From positions 1,202,652 to 1,266,651 of the forward strand of contig NW_003314277.1 in NCBI RefSeq assembly GCF_000143415.4: a DNA stretch of 64,000 nucleotides, given 5' to 3'. Source of the stretch: Selaginella moellendorffii. Taxonomy: Eukaryota > Plantae > Lycopodiophyta. A program made the position numbers and the translations under genes. Within the stretch, counting starts at the first letter, position 1; each line of letters starts with the position of its first letter. Of this stretch, positions 25,700 to 37,877 are shown piece after piece. The notes beneath the pieces were generated by a model. The model did not search any database. It saw only the letters and a list, made by a program, of their open reading frames with translations, and had not been told where the DNA came from.

Positions 25700-28447
25700 A
25701 GACCAGCTTACCAGGTCGCGATAACCACGCACGAAAGGATGATCATCCAGTTGCACTGCTGTAGGTCTGTTTGTTCCTCTTTCGAAGCACCATGCAAAAA
25801 GTGATGGCATTCGACCAGGAAGCTGTTAGGGATCTCCTCCGCACCAGATTGGACATTGACTTCCCGTCCAAAGAAGTGTGGAGAGCTGTGATGAAACCAA
25901 CCACTTAAAATGTTAAAAAAAAATTTAAAAAAATGCAAAGCAAACCCTGGAGGGAAAAAAATCTTTGCTGATGCTTGAGTATTTACTCTGTGGCTCCAAA
26001 TTCTTGATCATTTCAAGTACAACACAGCCCAGGCTCCAAACATCCGCTGAAAGACTATCACAATACTGGAGATACAAGTTTCAGCAATGTGGCCACGATT
26101 ATCAATCCACAAACCTCGGCTGGCATCTCAGGAACGCTTCAATCTGGTAAGGAAAATCGTAACAGTTTCAGATTTTACAGAGACACGTACCGATTGCAAA
26201 CCGATGCCATAATGAGATAGCTTAACAACTTCATCCAAAGTATCCACAAGTATGTTTGCAGCTGTGAGCGCCCTGACAAAGAATCTACAGATCAGTATGA
26301 AGTTTTCACTTGGAATTGATCACTCTTAAAACATGAACCCGTGTCTTGTGCTTCTGCTATGAAGATACTCTAAGCCAGATAAAATCTGACTAGTGTAGTC
26401 TCGAACTGCATCTCTGTTGAATGACACAGTTGCAAGTGTTTTTCCACGTGCGTTCTTCTTATAAATGAACAGCATGCAATTCACAATCCATGGATAGTTT
26501 ATTGCTTCAACGACTGCCTCAGATGCATAGTACTGCACGATGTGGGGGTGCCGCAGAGCGCTGAGTTCTGCAACTCGCTGAAAGTCATAAGTCAGATGTG
26601 CATGAGCTACTAAGCTAGAGAGTAGACTACTTCCCACCTTAGCCAGGTTCTTAAACTGTGCAGGGAGCACATCGGAACTGTAAAGCACAATTCTGCAGCA
26701 GGGTCGGCCTCTGTAAAGGCCTTGAACATATATATGTTTGGAGTGGAGATCAGAGTGTGGAATAATGTCTGTCTGTCTCCACTCAGCAGTGTCAGCACCT
26801 GTCCTGCCAGCATGAGCTCAAATTCATAGCCTGTTACGTTTATACACACCTGCGTGCTGTCTTCGAAAGGTTTGCAAGATATTGATTATCTGATAAGTGT
26901 ATTGTCGAACTTCATCTTCGTTGAATGACAGACTTGCAAGTGTTATTCCAGGTACGTCCTCCTCATAAATGAACAGCATGCAATTCAGAATCCATGGATA
27001 GTTTATTGCTTCAACGCCTGCCTGAGATGCATAGTACTGCACGATGTGGGGGTGCCACAGAGCACTGAGTTCTACAACAACCTGAAAGCCAAAAGTCAGA
27101 TGTGTATCAACTACTAAGCTAGAGAGTAGACTTCTTTACCACCTTAGGCAGGTTCTCAAACTGTGCAGGGAGCACATTGGAACTGTAAAGCTCAATTCTG
27201 CAGCAGAGTCAGCCTCTGTAAATGCCTTCAACACTGGAGTGTGAAAAAATGTCTCGTCTCCACTCAGCACCTGTCCTGTCAGCGTGAGCTCAAATTCATA
27301 GCCTGTTACGTTTATACATGCTGCTGTTTTCGAAAGGCTTGCAAGATATCGATTATCACATCCATGTCTGGAAAGTCATAGTTACTCTGGTTCATGATTT
27401 CTTTCAGGGCCTTTGCATTTTATTCATCATAATTAGTTTTAGCCAGCTTCACAAACAGTTTTAATGATTCACAAAGTAAGTTTTTCAATTTTGTTGCATT
27501 CCCCCTTTCTTGTCGCCACCAATAAACCATGAATCGACAATATTATGCAGCCTCAAGTCAACCTTAACTTCCCAAAAACCATGTCTATGCAAGTGTAGAA
27601 CAGCTTCTACAACTTGGTAAGTGACTTCCAGAAGTTGAGACATGGTGAGTTTGACGGTCGCCACTCTCCATAAATATGCGACACTCACGATTCTTGGTAA
27701 GTATGTAATGCTTCCTGGTATCGTGGCAGTGGCACCATCCAAAAATCTTCACAATAGAGGAACTTGGACCTAGGAAAGGACCATTCGTCACCTCGAGATC
27801 CTCATCATAATCGAGCTCCACAAGTTAGCAGCCTGACCAAGCCAACCAAACCACTCCTCAGACCACTTCTCAGTAGGAGCAGTAGGCCAATCTTCCATGT
27901 TTATTCTGGGACAGTAGCCACTTTGTCTTTGGGATAAGTACTCGACAAGCTCCTCGGCATTCTTCACCAATTCGGTACAATCTTCGTTTGCCAAATTGTG
28001 GAGGTCATAATACGGATCCTGCTCCTGCTCAATATCGGACAGCCGCTCAAGAACATGGCCCGCCCACATACCCTCTTTTAGAACCCTTGACCTACGAATT
28101 GCGTCCGAGTTGATTATGTCCACACATTCCTGAAGCTCTGACAGAAGTTCCACAACTTCCCATCTCCTGTCATACCTGGATGCAGCGATCCACTCCCAGT
28201 GCTCTTTATGACTGCATTGCCCGAGAAATTCCTTCACTCTATCCAATACATGGGCAAGGCGCTCCAAGGCCGCAGATAGGGGTGGGATTGAGAAAGGTGG
28301 CCCGGCATTGATGATCTGCCCCCACAAGCGGCAGTACAGGGCATGTTGATTGCATACCAGAAACAGTAGCCTGCATAGACGAGGATACGCTTTGGCATTT
28401 GGCGCAAGCTCAGAAATCGCATCGATCGACCTCAGTATGTCCTCCAT
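25700..28447 (-). pseudogene. Decayed 4-helix-bundle (MLKL/MCAfunc-like) + degenerate kinase + intron-containing MAPKKK-like pseudokinase
   Basis: ORF 27788-28447 is similar to the helical domain of 28873-30579 (C.LL.LVC, EHWEW.A...YDR..E); frameshifted kinase remnants at 27480-27820; LRHPHIVQYY, YTSQILSGLEYLHS, ALTAANILV, KLSHYG, ADVWSLGCVVLEM; 3' limit approximate. Confidence 0.7.
26400..27358. repeat. ~480-bp tandem duplication of kinase N-lobe exons
   Basis: 26400-26890 matches 26900-27358 (both encode QYYAS.A.VEAINYPWI.NCMLFIY). Confidence 0.85.
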
Positions 28448-28872
28448 AGCTCCCTGAAACCCAGGCTTTGACTTGGGTGAAGGGGGGAGGGGGTGTGCAG
28501 ATATATGTAGCGCTGTTCATCTTCTTGAGCTCCACCCAAGTTGGCAAAAAATGAGCCAAGTCAACAGGGAGTCAATAAAGAATAGTTTGTTGTAATATTT
28601 ATTATCGCTTAAAGAATATTTTGAATTTTTATTGCGTACTGTTATATAATATCAGGTATTATTATAACTATAACAAATCATATCTCAAATCCATAGAACT
28701 AGTCTTCTTCTCTCTCGGCTTTTTTGTTTCTCTCTCTTCTTTTGATCATCAAGCTTCGACATGAAAGCTGACTTTGTCCTCCATAGAGTTTGGCTTTGGG
28801 GCTGGGTTGGGTGAAGGGGGGAGGGGGTGTGCAGGTATACGTAGCGGCGTTCATCTTCTTGAGCTTCACCCA
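28438..28872. repeat. ~100-bp direct repeat (28438-28539 and 28774-28872) that includes the start codon of the minus-strand gene
   Basis: tgtcctccatag...ggctttg...ttgggtgaaggggggagggggtgtgcag...gttcatcttcttgagct.cacccaa occurs twice. Confidence 0.85.
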
Positions 28873-30579
28873 ATGGCAAGGAAGGTGCATATCAAGGTTT
28901 GCAGCGCTCGTGGCTTGATGCCGAGAGATGGATGCGGATCAGCAAGTCCTTACTGTATGGTGAGTTTCGACGGGCAGCAGGTCAAGACCCAAGTACGACA
29001 CAGGACTCTGAATCCGGAATGGAACGAGACCCTGGATCTCAACGTTGAGGGGGATGCATTGCAGCGAAGCCATGTTCGTGTCTCTGTTCTGAATTACACG
29101 AATCGGCGTCCTCTGGGGAAAATCAAGATAGAGGGTAGTGAGGTTCCGCATTGTTCATCTGAGCCTTCCGATTCCGAGCAGCGAAAGTACCGGCTGAAGA
29201 CCGGCTTGAGCTGCGTCGCGATCAAGGAGAGAGGTTCGTTGACACTCAAGCTATGGTGGAGCGGCCCTGTTGACCATCATGAACATCCTTCACGTCGGGT
29301 CCGAATCCCTGCACCACAAATTGACAGCGTCAAGCATGAAGCTGAACTCGATAACATCATGATGAACATAAATCAGACTGCAAGTGCTGTCGAAGTCCAT
29401 AAGGAACAGTGCTTGCTGTTGTGTTTGGTTTGCAAGGACAGCGTTGAAATGGTGAGAGGGTATGCAGGCAGTAGTGAGCTCTTCTTAAGGAGGCTAAGAC
29501 AATTCATCAGGAAAGCAAACGGGGTGATTCGAGAGTGTTCCAAGCTTGAGGAGCATTGGGAGTGGCTTGCGGTTGTGAAATACGACAGGGAATTGGAAAT
29601 CGAGGAGATCGTGGAGGAACTTCATTTCATGTGTGGGCTCATTGACGAAAGTCCTATTCAGGCTCACCTGCCAGAAATCCATGCAGTAGCCCAGCTCGAC
29701 AAAGCTGCACTGGAAAAACAGGCACTAGATGGGAAATTTAAAAGTCACTATGCTAAATACATACTAGAGAGAGTAAATTCTTCAGAGCTGCCCGAGTTGA
29801 ACTCGGAGAATGTGAATGTTCATTTCGGGGAAATGCTCGGTAGAGGAAGCTATGGTGTTGTTCGTAAAGGAACGTGGCATCAAAGGCTAGTTGCAGTCAA
29901 GGAGTTCAGGGAGTCTAATCTTTCATCACGAGAACTGCGCGCAGTATCACGTATACAGGCTGCTCCTCACATTGTTCAAACCATCGGCTACTACAAGGTT
30001 GACGAAAGCTGTACCCACTTGGTCATGGAGGTAATGAGGATGGATCTAAAAGAGTATGCCAGCAAGAACAAAGGGCTCACGCACTTGCAACTGGTCGAGA
30101 TGCTGCTCCAGATTACCAAGGGCCTCAACTTCCTGCATGGGAAAAACATTGTGCACAGAGACCTCAAGCCAGAAAACGTTCTAATCGATTTCACTGATGA
30201 GGACGAAGAGCAGCTTGTCCTGAAACTCGCCGATTTCGGTACTGCATACATCAACTTCAATACTGAACTTTCACATACAGCTCCAATAGGGACGCGTATT
30301 TTCATGGCCCCTGAGCTACAGAGTGAAGAAATTAAAAGAAATGGTGAGACCGTGTACTCAAGATCGGTGGACCTTTACAGCCTTGGAATGACATTCTCCC
30401 AGTTGGTCTTGTCGCAGCCTGCCATTGGGACGCCAACAGCAGAGCTGGAGGCTCTGATATGTCGATGTTCTTCTGAAGAGCCATCCGAAAGACCGGTTGT
30501 TGATGAGGTTCTGAAGTCATTACGTAACATTTTGCGCAACATTCTGTGCTGCAGTCTTGTCGGCGGAAGTGCTATATGA
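28873..30579 (+). CDS. Intronless C2 domain - MLKL/MCAfunc-like four-helix bundle - Ser/Thr protein kinase
   Basis: C2: VCSARGLMPRDGCGSASPYC...TLNPEWNETL; helical domain with VHKEQCLLL...LRRLRQFIRKANGVIREC; kinase GRGSYG, VAVK, HRDLKPEN, DFG, GTRIFMAPE, DLYSLG, ERP. Confidence 0.88.
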   Translation: MARKVHIKVCSARGLMPRDGCGSASPYCMVSFDGQQVKTQVRHRTLNPEWNETLDLNVEGDALQRSHVRVSVLNYTNRRPLGKIKIEGSEVPHCSSEPSDSEQRKYRLKTGLSCVAIKERGSLTLKLWWSGPVDHHEHPSRRVRIPAPQIDSVKHEAELDNIMMNINQTASAVEVHKEQCLLLCLVCKDSVEMVRGYAGSSELFLRRLRQFIRKANGVIRECSKLEEHWEWLAVVKYDRELEIEEIVEELHFMCGLIDESPIQAHLPEIHAVAQLDKAALEKQALDGKFKSHYAKYILERVNSSELPELNSENVNVHFGEMLGRGSYGVVRKGTWHQRLVAVKEFRESNLSSRELRAVSRIQAAPHIVQTIGYYKVDESCTHLVMEVMRMDLKEYASKNKGLTHLQLVEMLLQITKGLNFLHGKNIVHRDLKPENVLIDFTDEDEEQLVLKLADFGTAYINFNTELSHTAPIGTRIFMAPELQSEEIKRNGETVYSRSVDLYSLGMTFSQLVLSQPAIGTPTAELEALICRCSSEEPSERPVVDEVLKSLRNILRNILCCSLVGGSAI

Positions 30580-30759
30580 AACCTGCCATGCACAAAGCAT
30601 ATATGTGCATTTTTAAGTATGGTAGCAACCATGCAGATCTATGGATATTTTTTTTTTCAATTGCTATAATAGCAATTTAAATATGATTGTATTTATAATA
30701 TTTTTGTTATTGGATATGTGGCATGACACATTAGACTGCAATGCACCCACAGCTTCCAA

Positions 30760-30980
30760 AAGTCGAGAAGTCATCTGACTCTCATGAAGAAGAAATCTGA
30801 ATGCCGAAGTTACCACACTTTGGAAAGTAACTCGTGCATTCGTCAACCCAAATGGCATGACATAAAATATATAACAGCCCCACTCTGTAACAAATGTTGT
30901 CTTTGCTTGATCCTCAGGAGCCACCTAGATCTGGTTATATCCACTATAACCATCCATATCAATTCTGTGATATCATTGCA
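30760..30980 (-). mobile_element. Ty3/gypsy reverse transcriptase relic
   Basis: MAPEDQAKTTFVTEWGCYIFYVMPFGLTNARVTFQ. Confidence 0.75.
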
Positions 30981-31728
30981 AATTTAGTAAGGTTTTTTTT
31001 CCTCATTTTTGCCTTTTTCTCATTTAATTTGTGATTTTCTGATTGTGACTTCTCTCTCCTTTCCTTTACACAAAATCAACTGTGTAATTTGCCCATCATT
31101 TCTCATGAGGTAATGGCACAAAGGCTTTTTTTGCTGGCTTCACCATGCTTCAAGTGTTGAGTATGTTGGTTTTGCAACAAACAATTGGATCATATGCTAG
31201 TTGCAATAAAGTATTAGCTTTATCAATTTCTCACACTCTTATAAATTTTTCAGATTTCAATGGTTTATTGTGCTTGAAAGTTTTCTTTCTAGGGCTTTTG
31301 CTTTTTGACTTGATTTTTATGATCATTATAGTGAGTTTGTTTTGGGGAGTGTGGATTATTACAACACAATATTTGTATATAAGTAAATAACTAATTTATA
31401 CCAATTCCTCTCCAATGCAGGTACTAATGTGTGTGGTTTCTATTTTAGATTCTTTCTATGGCCATAAGTTTGCAAATCACTACATTACAGTCATGTAACC
31501 AAGTGTGTGTCATTCAAACTACTCCAAAAATCTCAATTACTAATTTTCTGAGCTCAAAATCTCAAATCATTTCGTTAATGCTAATACATTTTAAGCTGGT
31601 ATGGTTTGAATTTTGAAGGTTAAGCATTAGAAATTTAGCAGTCACTATATTAAGTAAGGATAGTGAGATGATATACTTTATATATGAGGGGATACTATGT
31701 TTATATTGTTATGTATATACCTCCCACA

Positions 31729-31830
31729 TTTACACTTTTGTGGCGTTTTATTTTCTTTACAGGAGAGAGTGTATATATATATATATACACTCTCTCCTGT
31801 AAAGAAAATAAAACGTCACAAATGTGTAAA
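31729..31830. repeat. 102-bp near-perfect palindrome centred on (TA)n
   Basis: Arms tttacacttttgtggcgttttattttctttacaggagagagtgta... and ...tacactctctcctgtaaagaaaataaaacgtcacaaatgtgtaaa; 2 mismatches. Confidence 0.92.
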
Positions 31831-32490
31831 CTAGGAGCAAATAATTCCATATATAACTTAATAATACTTGTTTGCATACAACATCAAAATTAGAGACTAT
31901 GTCATCTTCTTTTCTTCCCACACAACAAACTTGCATGTATGTGTTTCCACATAACTTTCCTCCATTGCAAATCACAAAGTTAGAGGAGGAAGGTGAAGAG
32001 AAAGATCTCACTATTATAGAGATTTATAAAAGTAGTGTTGAATTTTTAGAATGTTGAAAAAAAATTTTGCTAGTGCAAGATAACATATTGAATATAGTGT
32101 ATGTTGTTGTAAATGGTGTGATGATTATATATAACATATATCCTTTGCATTAATTGCTCTTAAATATCTCTTACTTATTTTCATTCATTTCCTCTTTGTA
32201 GAACTACTAGCAAAACTACTGTCATGTATTTTAGACTATAATTTTCCATTGTATGGTGTAAGATGATGGACGAATGTGAGGTAGGTGAATCTGAGATGAC
32301 AAGAGAGGATTATTCTTGTGATTAATGGATTTAATTGAAAATTATATTTGAAAAAAATATAAAATTTTGAAACTGATTTCAAATCAAAATCAAAATCTAC
32401 ATAAATTCATTGAGTCATGAAAAGAAACCATTTACATTAAAGACAAAATTAAAAGATAATATTTTAATTTCTTTTCAAATTTTAAAATTA

Positions 32491-33060
32491 CATACAAATA
32501 TTTTAAGTATCTATAAATTCTTAGGAATATTTTATTACCCTAGCTGTTCACTGAATGTGCTTTAAAAATGCCAAAACCAAATACGTTCTTAGGGAAATTA
32601 TTCAGACTATGGAAAGAGTTCAAAAATAAGATAGTGACAAAAATTTTCATTCTACTTTAATCACTTAACCACACTTTCAACCACTTAAAAATGTCTCACT
32701 CATAACTTTCACAAATATTCATATCAATTTAGGGTGACTTCTATAATCTTATTAAACCTATAAAAATAGATTTAACTATTGTTATTTCAATTATTAATGT
32801 TAAAACTTTGGAAGGATGTATAACTACCTTAAATATGGCCTCAAATCAACTTTGATTTTATACTTGGTCCAAATATATAGCTTTTATATCACACACCAAA
32901 AATGTTATTCACATATCAAGTTTTTATATTAAAGATAAATCCATTTTCATTTGCCTCATTAGTAGTTTAAGACCATTTATATATATAAAACACTTTATTT
33001 TTTTCCTTTTAAATTAACTGAAAAAAGGTAATTGCTAACATTTCTAACTTGTTTATATAT
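32491..33060. repeat. AT-rich dispersed repeat; second copy at ~52145-52630
   Basis: Shared catacaaatattttaagtatctataaattc, aaatagatttaactattgttatt and taaagataaatccattttcatttgcctca blocks, some reordered. Confidence 0.8.
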
Positions 33061-33303
33061 ATATTCTTAACTAATTCTTTTGAAAAGGAAGAGATGCCAA
33101 GGTGTATGAATGAGAGGCTGTGCCGACAATAGAGAGGCGAGAGAGCAGCAGAACAAAAATCATTGGCAGGCTTGTCGCTAATATTGCAAAGTGGGACTTC
33201 AGCAGTCTCCAGGTGGTGGTAAATCCACCCAGTTGTGCCCAAACCTAATTTCTCAATAAACCTACAGAATTTGAGTAGTAAACGAGATCCTGGATTTCGA
33301 CTT

Positions 33304-34814
33304 TGAGGGGGATGCATTGCAGCGACGCCATGTTGGTGTCTCTGTTCTGAATTACACGAATGGGGGTTCTCTGGGGAAAATCAAGATAGAGGGTAGTGAC
33401 GTTCCACATTGTTCAGCTCGGCCCGAGCAGCGAGAGTACCCGCTGAAGATCAGCTTGGGCTGCATCGCGATCATGGAGAGAGGTTCGTTGACACTCAAGC
33501 TATGGTGGAGCGGCCCTGTTGACCATCATGAACATCCTTCACCTCAGGTCCGAATCCCTGCACCACAAATTGACAGCGTCAAGCATGAAGCTGAACTCGA
33601 TAACATCATGATGAACATAAATCAGACTGCAAGTGCTGTCGAAGTTCATAAGGAACAGTGCTTGCTGTTGTGTTTGGTTTGCAAGGACAGCGTTGAAATG
33701 GTGAGAGGGTATGCAGGCAGTAGTGAGCTCTTCTTAAGGAGGCTAAGACAATTCATCAGGAAAGCAAACGGGGTGATTCGAGAGTGTTCCGTGCTTGAGG
33801 AGCATTGGGAGTGGCTTGCGGTTGTGAAATACAACAGGGAATTGGAAGTCAAGGAGATTGTGGAGGAACTTCATTTCATGTGCAGCAAAAGTTTTATTCA
33901 GGCTTTCTTGCCAGATATGCAAGCAGCAGCCCAGCTCGACAAAGCTGCACTGGAAAAACAGGCATGAGATGGGAAATTTAGAAGTCACTATGCTAAATAC
34001 ATACTAGAGAGAGTAAATTCTTCAGAGCTGCCCGAGTTGAACTCGGAGGACGTGAGTGTTCATTTCGGGGAATTGCTCCATAGAGGAAGCTATGGTGTTG
34101 TTCGTAAAGGAACGTGGCATCAAAGGCTAGTTGCAGTCAAGGAGTTCAAGGAGTCTCAAGATCTTCCATCACAAGAACTGCCCGCAGTATCAAGTATACA
34201 AGCTGCTCCTCACATTGTTCAAACCATCGGCTACTACAAGGTTGACGAAAGCTGTACCCACTTGGTCATGGAGGTAATGAGGATGAATCTAAAAGAGTAT
34301 GCCAGCAAGAACAAAGAGCTCACGCTCTTGCAACTGGTCGAGATCCTGCTCCAGATTACCAAGGGCCTCGACTTCCTGCATGGGAAAAACATTGTGCATA
34401 GAGACCTCAAGCCAGAAAACGTTCTAATCGATTTCACTGATGAGGACGAAGAGCAGCTTGTCCTGAAACTCACTGATTTCGGTACTGCATACATCAACTT
34501 CAATATTGAACAATCACATACAGCTCCAGTAGGGACGAGGTTTTTCAGGCCCCCGAGCTGCTGAGTGAAGAAAGTAGAAGAAATGGTGAGAGCATGTACT
34601 CAAGATTGGTGGACCTTTACAGCCTTGGATCTCCCAGTTGGTCTTGTCGCAGCCTGCCATCAGGATGCCAACAGTAGAGCTGGAGGCTCTGATATGTTGA
34701 TGTTCTTCGGAAGAGCCATCCGAAAGACCAGTTGTTGATGAGGTTCTGAAGTCATTACGTAACATTCTGTGCAACATTCTGCGCTGCAGTCTTGTTGGCG
34801 GAAGTGCTATATGA
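33304..34814 (+). pseudogene. 5'-truncated duplicate of the C2-4HB-kinase gene
   Basis: Near-identical to 29045-30579; lacks the C2 N-half; nonsense TGA at 33965-33967; 1-bp deletion before APE (~34546); 3' UTR also duplicated to ~34934. Confidence 0.92.
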
Positions 34815-36728
34815 AACCTGCCATACACAAAGCATACATGGGCATTTAAAAGTATGGTGGCAACCATGCAGATCTATGGATTTATTTATTTATTTCTATT
34901 ATAAATTGCTATAATAGCAATTTAAATATGATTGTGTGAGTGCATGGAATATGGAAAGGGAATACAGAAATGTGCATATCAATTAGCCCAAAAACCCTGG
35001 CTTATATACAGGAGCAAGTGGTCCGGATTGAAACCAATCCGACGGCTACCAAAATCCCACTACGCTAATATTAGTATACGGCATCGTAGCCGTACACTTG
35101 GCCCTCACATCATCCTCTCCTCTCGGAATAATGGAAGACCATCAGGGTTCTCTTGTAGATGGGCCGGGATCTGGAGGAACATTAGGAGGAGGCATCGGTG
35201 GATCTGTAGGTGGCATTAGCTGCTCTTGATCCCTTTGTATGAAGCATTTTAGCCGCTGCACATGCACAATCTCTGGAGGATTGGTCTGCTGAACGTCATG
35301 CTAAACCTCATAAACTTGTGGTCCAACTTGCCGCAACACCCGATACGGTCCTTTTCACTGCGCAAGAAGTCCCTTAGATAAACCATGTACCGTAAGATGA
35401 GGAAAACGGACTAACACCAAATCATCCACTTTGTACTCCGCAGGTGGACGATGATGACAGTTGTAGCGTCGTTGTTGTCCTACTTGTACGTGGCATAAAT
35501 GTTCGGCAGACTCTGCTCGGACTAGTGGAAGAATGCTCGTCAAATACTGATCCCACGACCTAGAATCGGCAGCTCGCGGCAATCGCGAAGGTAAACCTAG
35601 CTCTGTTGGTAATATTAGATCATGACCATATAAAAGTTTATATGGTGAAGCACCAATAGAACTTTGCACCCCCGTGACATATGCATACCGAAGAGACGGC
35701 AAATAACCATCCCAATCCGAATGCTGAAAGTTCACATACTTCGCAATCATCCCTTTGAATGTCCGAACGAGCCGCTCCACCAGACCGTCTGATTGTGGAT
35801 GATAAGCACTCGTGAAAGTGTGGCGTATCCCCAACCGAGACGTCAAAACATGAAATGCCTCAGCCATAAATGCAGGACCATTATCCGAAAGAATCCGCTC
35901 TGGACAAGAATGCTGGAACACCACTCGATTTAGGAGGAAGTAGCCAACAGCAGTTGCAGAGGCGCTAGCAAGAGCACCAACTTCCACCCAACGAGTCAAG
36001 TAGTCAGAAGCAATAATAACATACTCATTGCCAGTAGTCGACCGTGGAAAAGGTCCCATAAGATTAAACGCCACCAACTCAAACGGACGGGAAACCGCAA
36101 TTGACTCCAACCGTCCTTCCGTAGCACGAGGGAGATTATTATGAGCTTGGCACCAAACGCAGCTACGCACATACCAGATAACATCATGTCGCATCTTCGG
36201 CCAGTAAAAAGACCTGCGCAACTTCTTGGTTACATGACGGTGTCCCATATGCCCACCTAGAACAGGAGAATCATGGTAGGCATGGAGAAACCGCGGAATA
36301 AAGACAAAAGGCACCACCAGCCGTAAATGATCCTCAGGATCCGTCCCCACAAAATAAAGAAGGCCATCTTCAAGGCGATATTGAGAATGTAAATGCCGGA
36401 AAGGCAAGTCATCAGCAAGTGATGTAGGATTCTCAAACCCATTTCGAAGCCTTTGAATCCATGGCTCAATCTTTTGAGCCTCGCGAACATCATCAAGAGA
36501 AGGTAGATCCTGCTTTGCGCCTTGTGGACACTGAACGTCAAGGACAGCAACCGCCGACGGCACAGAATCCTCGTCTAGAAAATCTACAGATGCTAGAACA
36601 ACAGGCTCGTCAGAAACATGAGAAGTGAGTGAAGAAGGAAGAGGAGCTCGAGAAAGGGCATCAGCATCAGCCATAGAACTCCCTGGGCGATGAACAACAT
36701 CAAAATCATATATCTGAAGCTTCAAAGC

Positions 36729-37877
36729 TGTCGCGCATGTGACTTCGGGTATCGAAAGTTACCTGTCGGCTAGTCCTTACGGACACTCTTACCTTACTGC
36801 CACGATGGCAGGAGGTTGGTATTGCTGGACCCGTTATCAGTCTCCGCCTAAGCTAGTTGAGAAACTGGTCCTCGCGTGTGCACTTGACCAGATGAGCATA
36901 AGGACGGAATTCCTACGTGCTATTTGTCAAGCATACTTGACCTGGTTAGAGAAACTCATTCGTTGACTTGCACTTGCTAGTGTTGGGAACCCCCGCGATG
37001 TTGAGATTGGTCCCTCAATATCGCTAGATGATAGCTTACCGTGTCTGCCAAACACCCTCGCTATCATGCCCTTTGTGTTAGTCTCATTTCGGTCCCAAAT
37101 GCTATTTATGGAAAGTGTCCAGATTTGCTCATTTTGCATATCTATGGAATGTAGAGATCGGCCTGAACACAATGGTGTTCGTCCCGTGTCCAAATTCACA
37201 TTCTAGCGCCATTCCATATTTAGTAAGTTTCGAGCTTGTCCCAGAGACTAACTCCTGATACTAAGGGAGGCTTGGGGTGAAAGCCCAAAGCATGTGTTCC
37301 TCAAGGGGGGGGGGGGGGGGGCTGTGGGGGGTTCCAAATGTATAGTAGGGATAGTGGGTAGGTCGGGCATGGCCGACCAACCTGAGGCATAGTCTAGCTC
37401 CCGCTTGCGTGCCTGTCCTTGTTCTGCGTCCGGCTTGGGTCTAAGCCCAAGTTCCATTCCATGCTAGCTGGTGGAGTACCCATGTCCTCGCGTTAGGCCA
37501 CCGGTATGCCGAAATAGCGCCAGACTCCGTTTGGCTCCGTTTTGCGTGCTGGTCCTGGCATTGGGATGCTGGTTACTCTAGGACTGTTCTAAGTCGCTCC
37601 GGGTTCCTGTCCCTTCGCTCCTTGGGCTGTATGCTTAGGAGTTGCTCCGTGGGTCGGTTCCGTCACTCCTTGGCTCCACGCTTGGGAGTTTGGCACCGTT
37701 CCTTTGTTCAGTGGCCCAAGGCCCTGAACCTCGGGTTCCTATGGACACGTGGCATGGACACGTGGCATGTGACATGTGGCATCTGTCACGTGGCACAAAG
37801 AGGGTTAGGTTCCGCTTCGTGGTGTTATCCTATGGTAAATCACCATAGGATAAAGGGTAAAAACCACGTGCGCTACA
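36729..37877. mobile_element. Solo LTR (1149 bp) inserted between RNase H and integrase
   Basis: TG...CA ends (tgtcgcgcatgtg / cacgtgcgctaca); 5-bp TSD AAAGC at 36724-36728 and 37878-37882. Confidence 0.88.
37744..37794. promoter_or_regulatory. Cluster of G-box/ABRE motifs in the solo LTR
   Basis: Three CACGTGGC copies plus one CATGTGGC within 51 bp. Confidence 0.55.

Noticed and set aside
28774-28872. N-terminal extension of the C2-kinase from the ORF track
   Set aside because: It starts at a non-ATG codon within the duplicated leader; the C2 domain starts at ATG 28873
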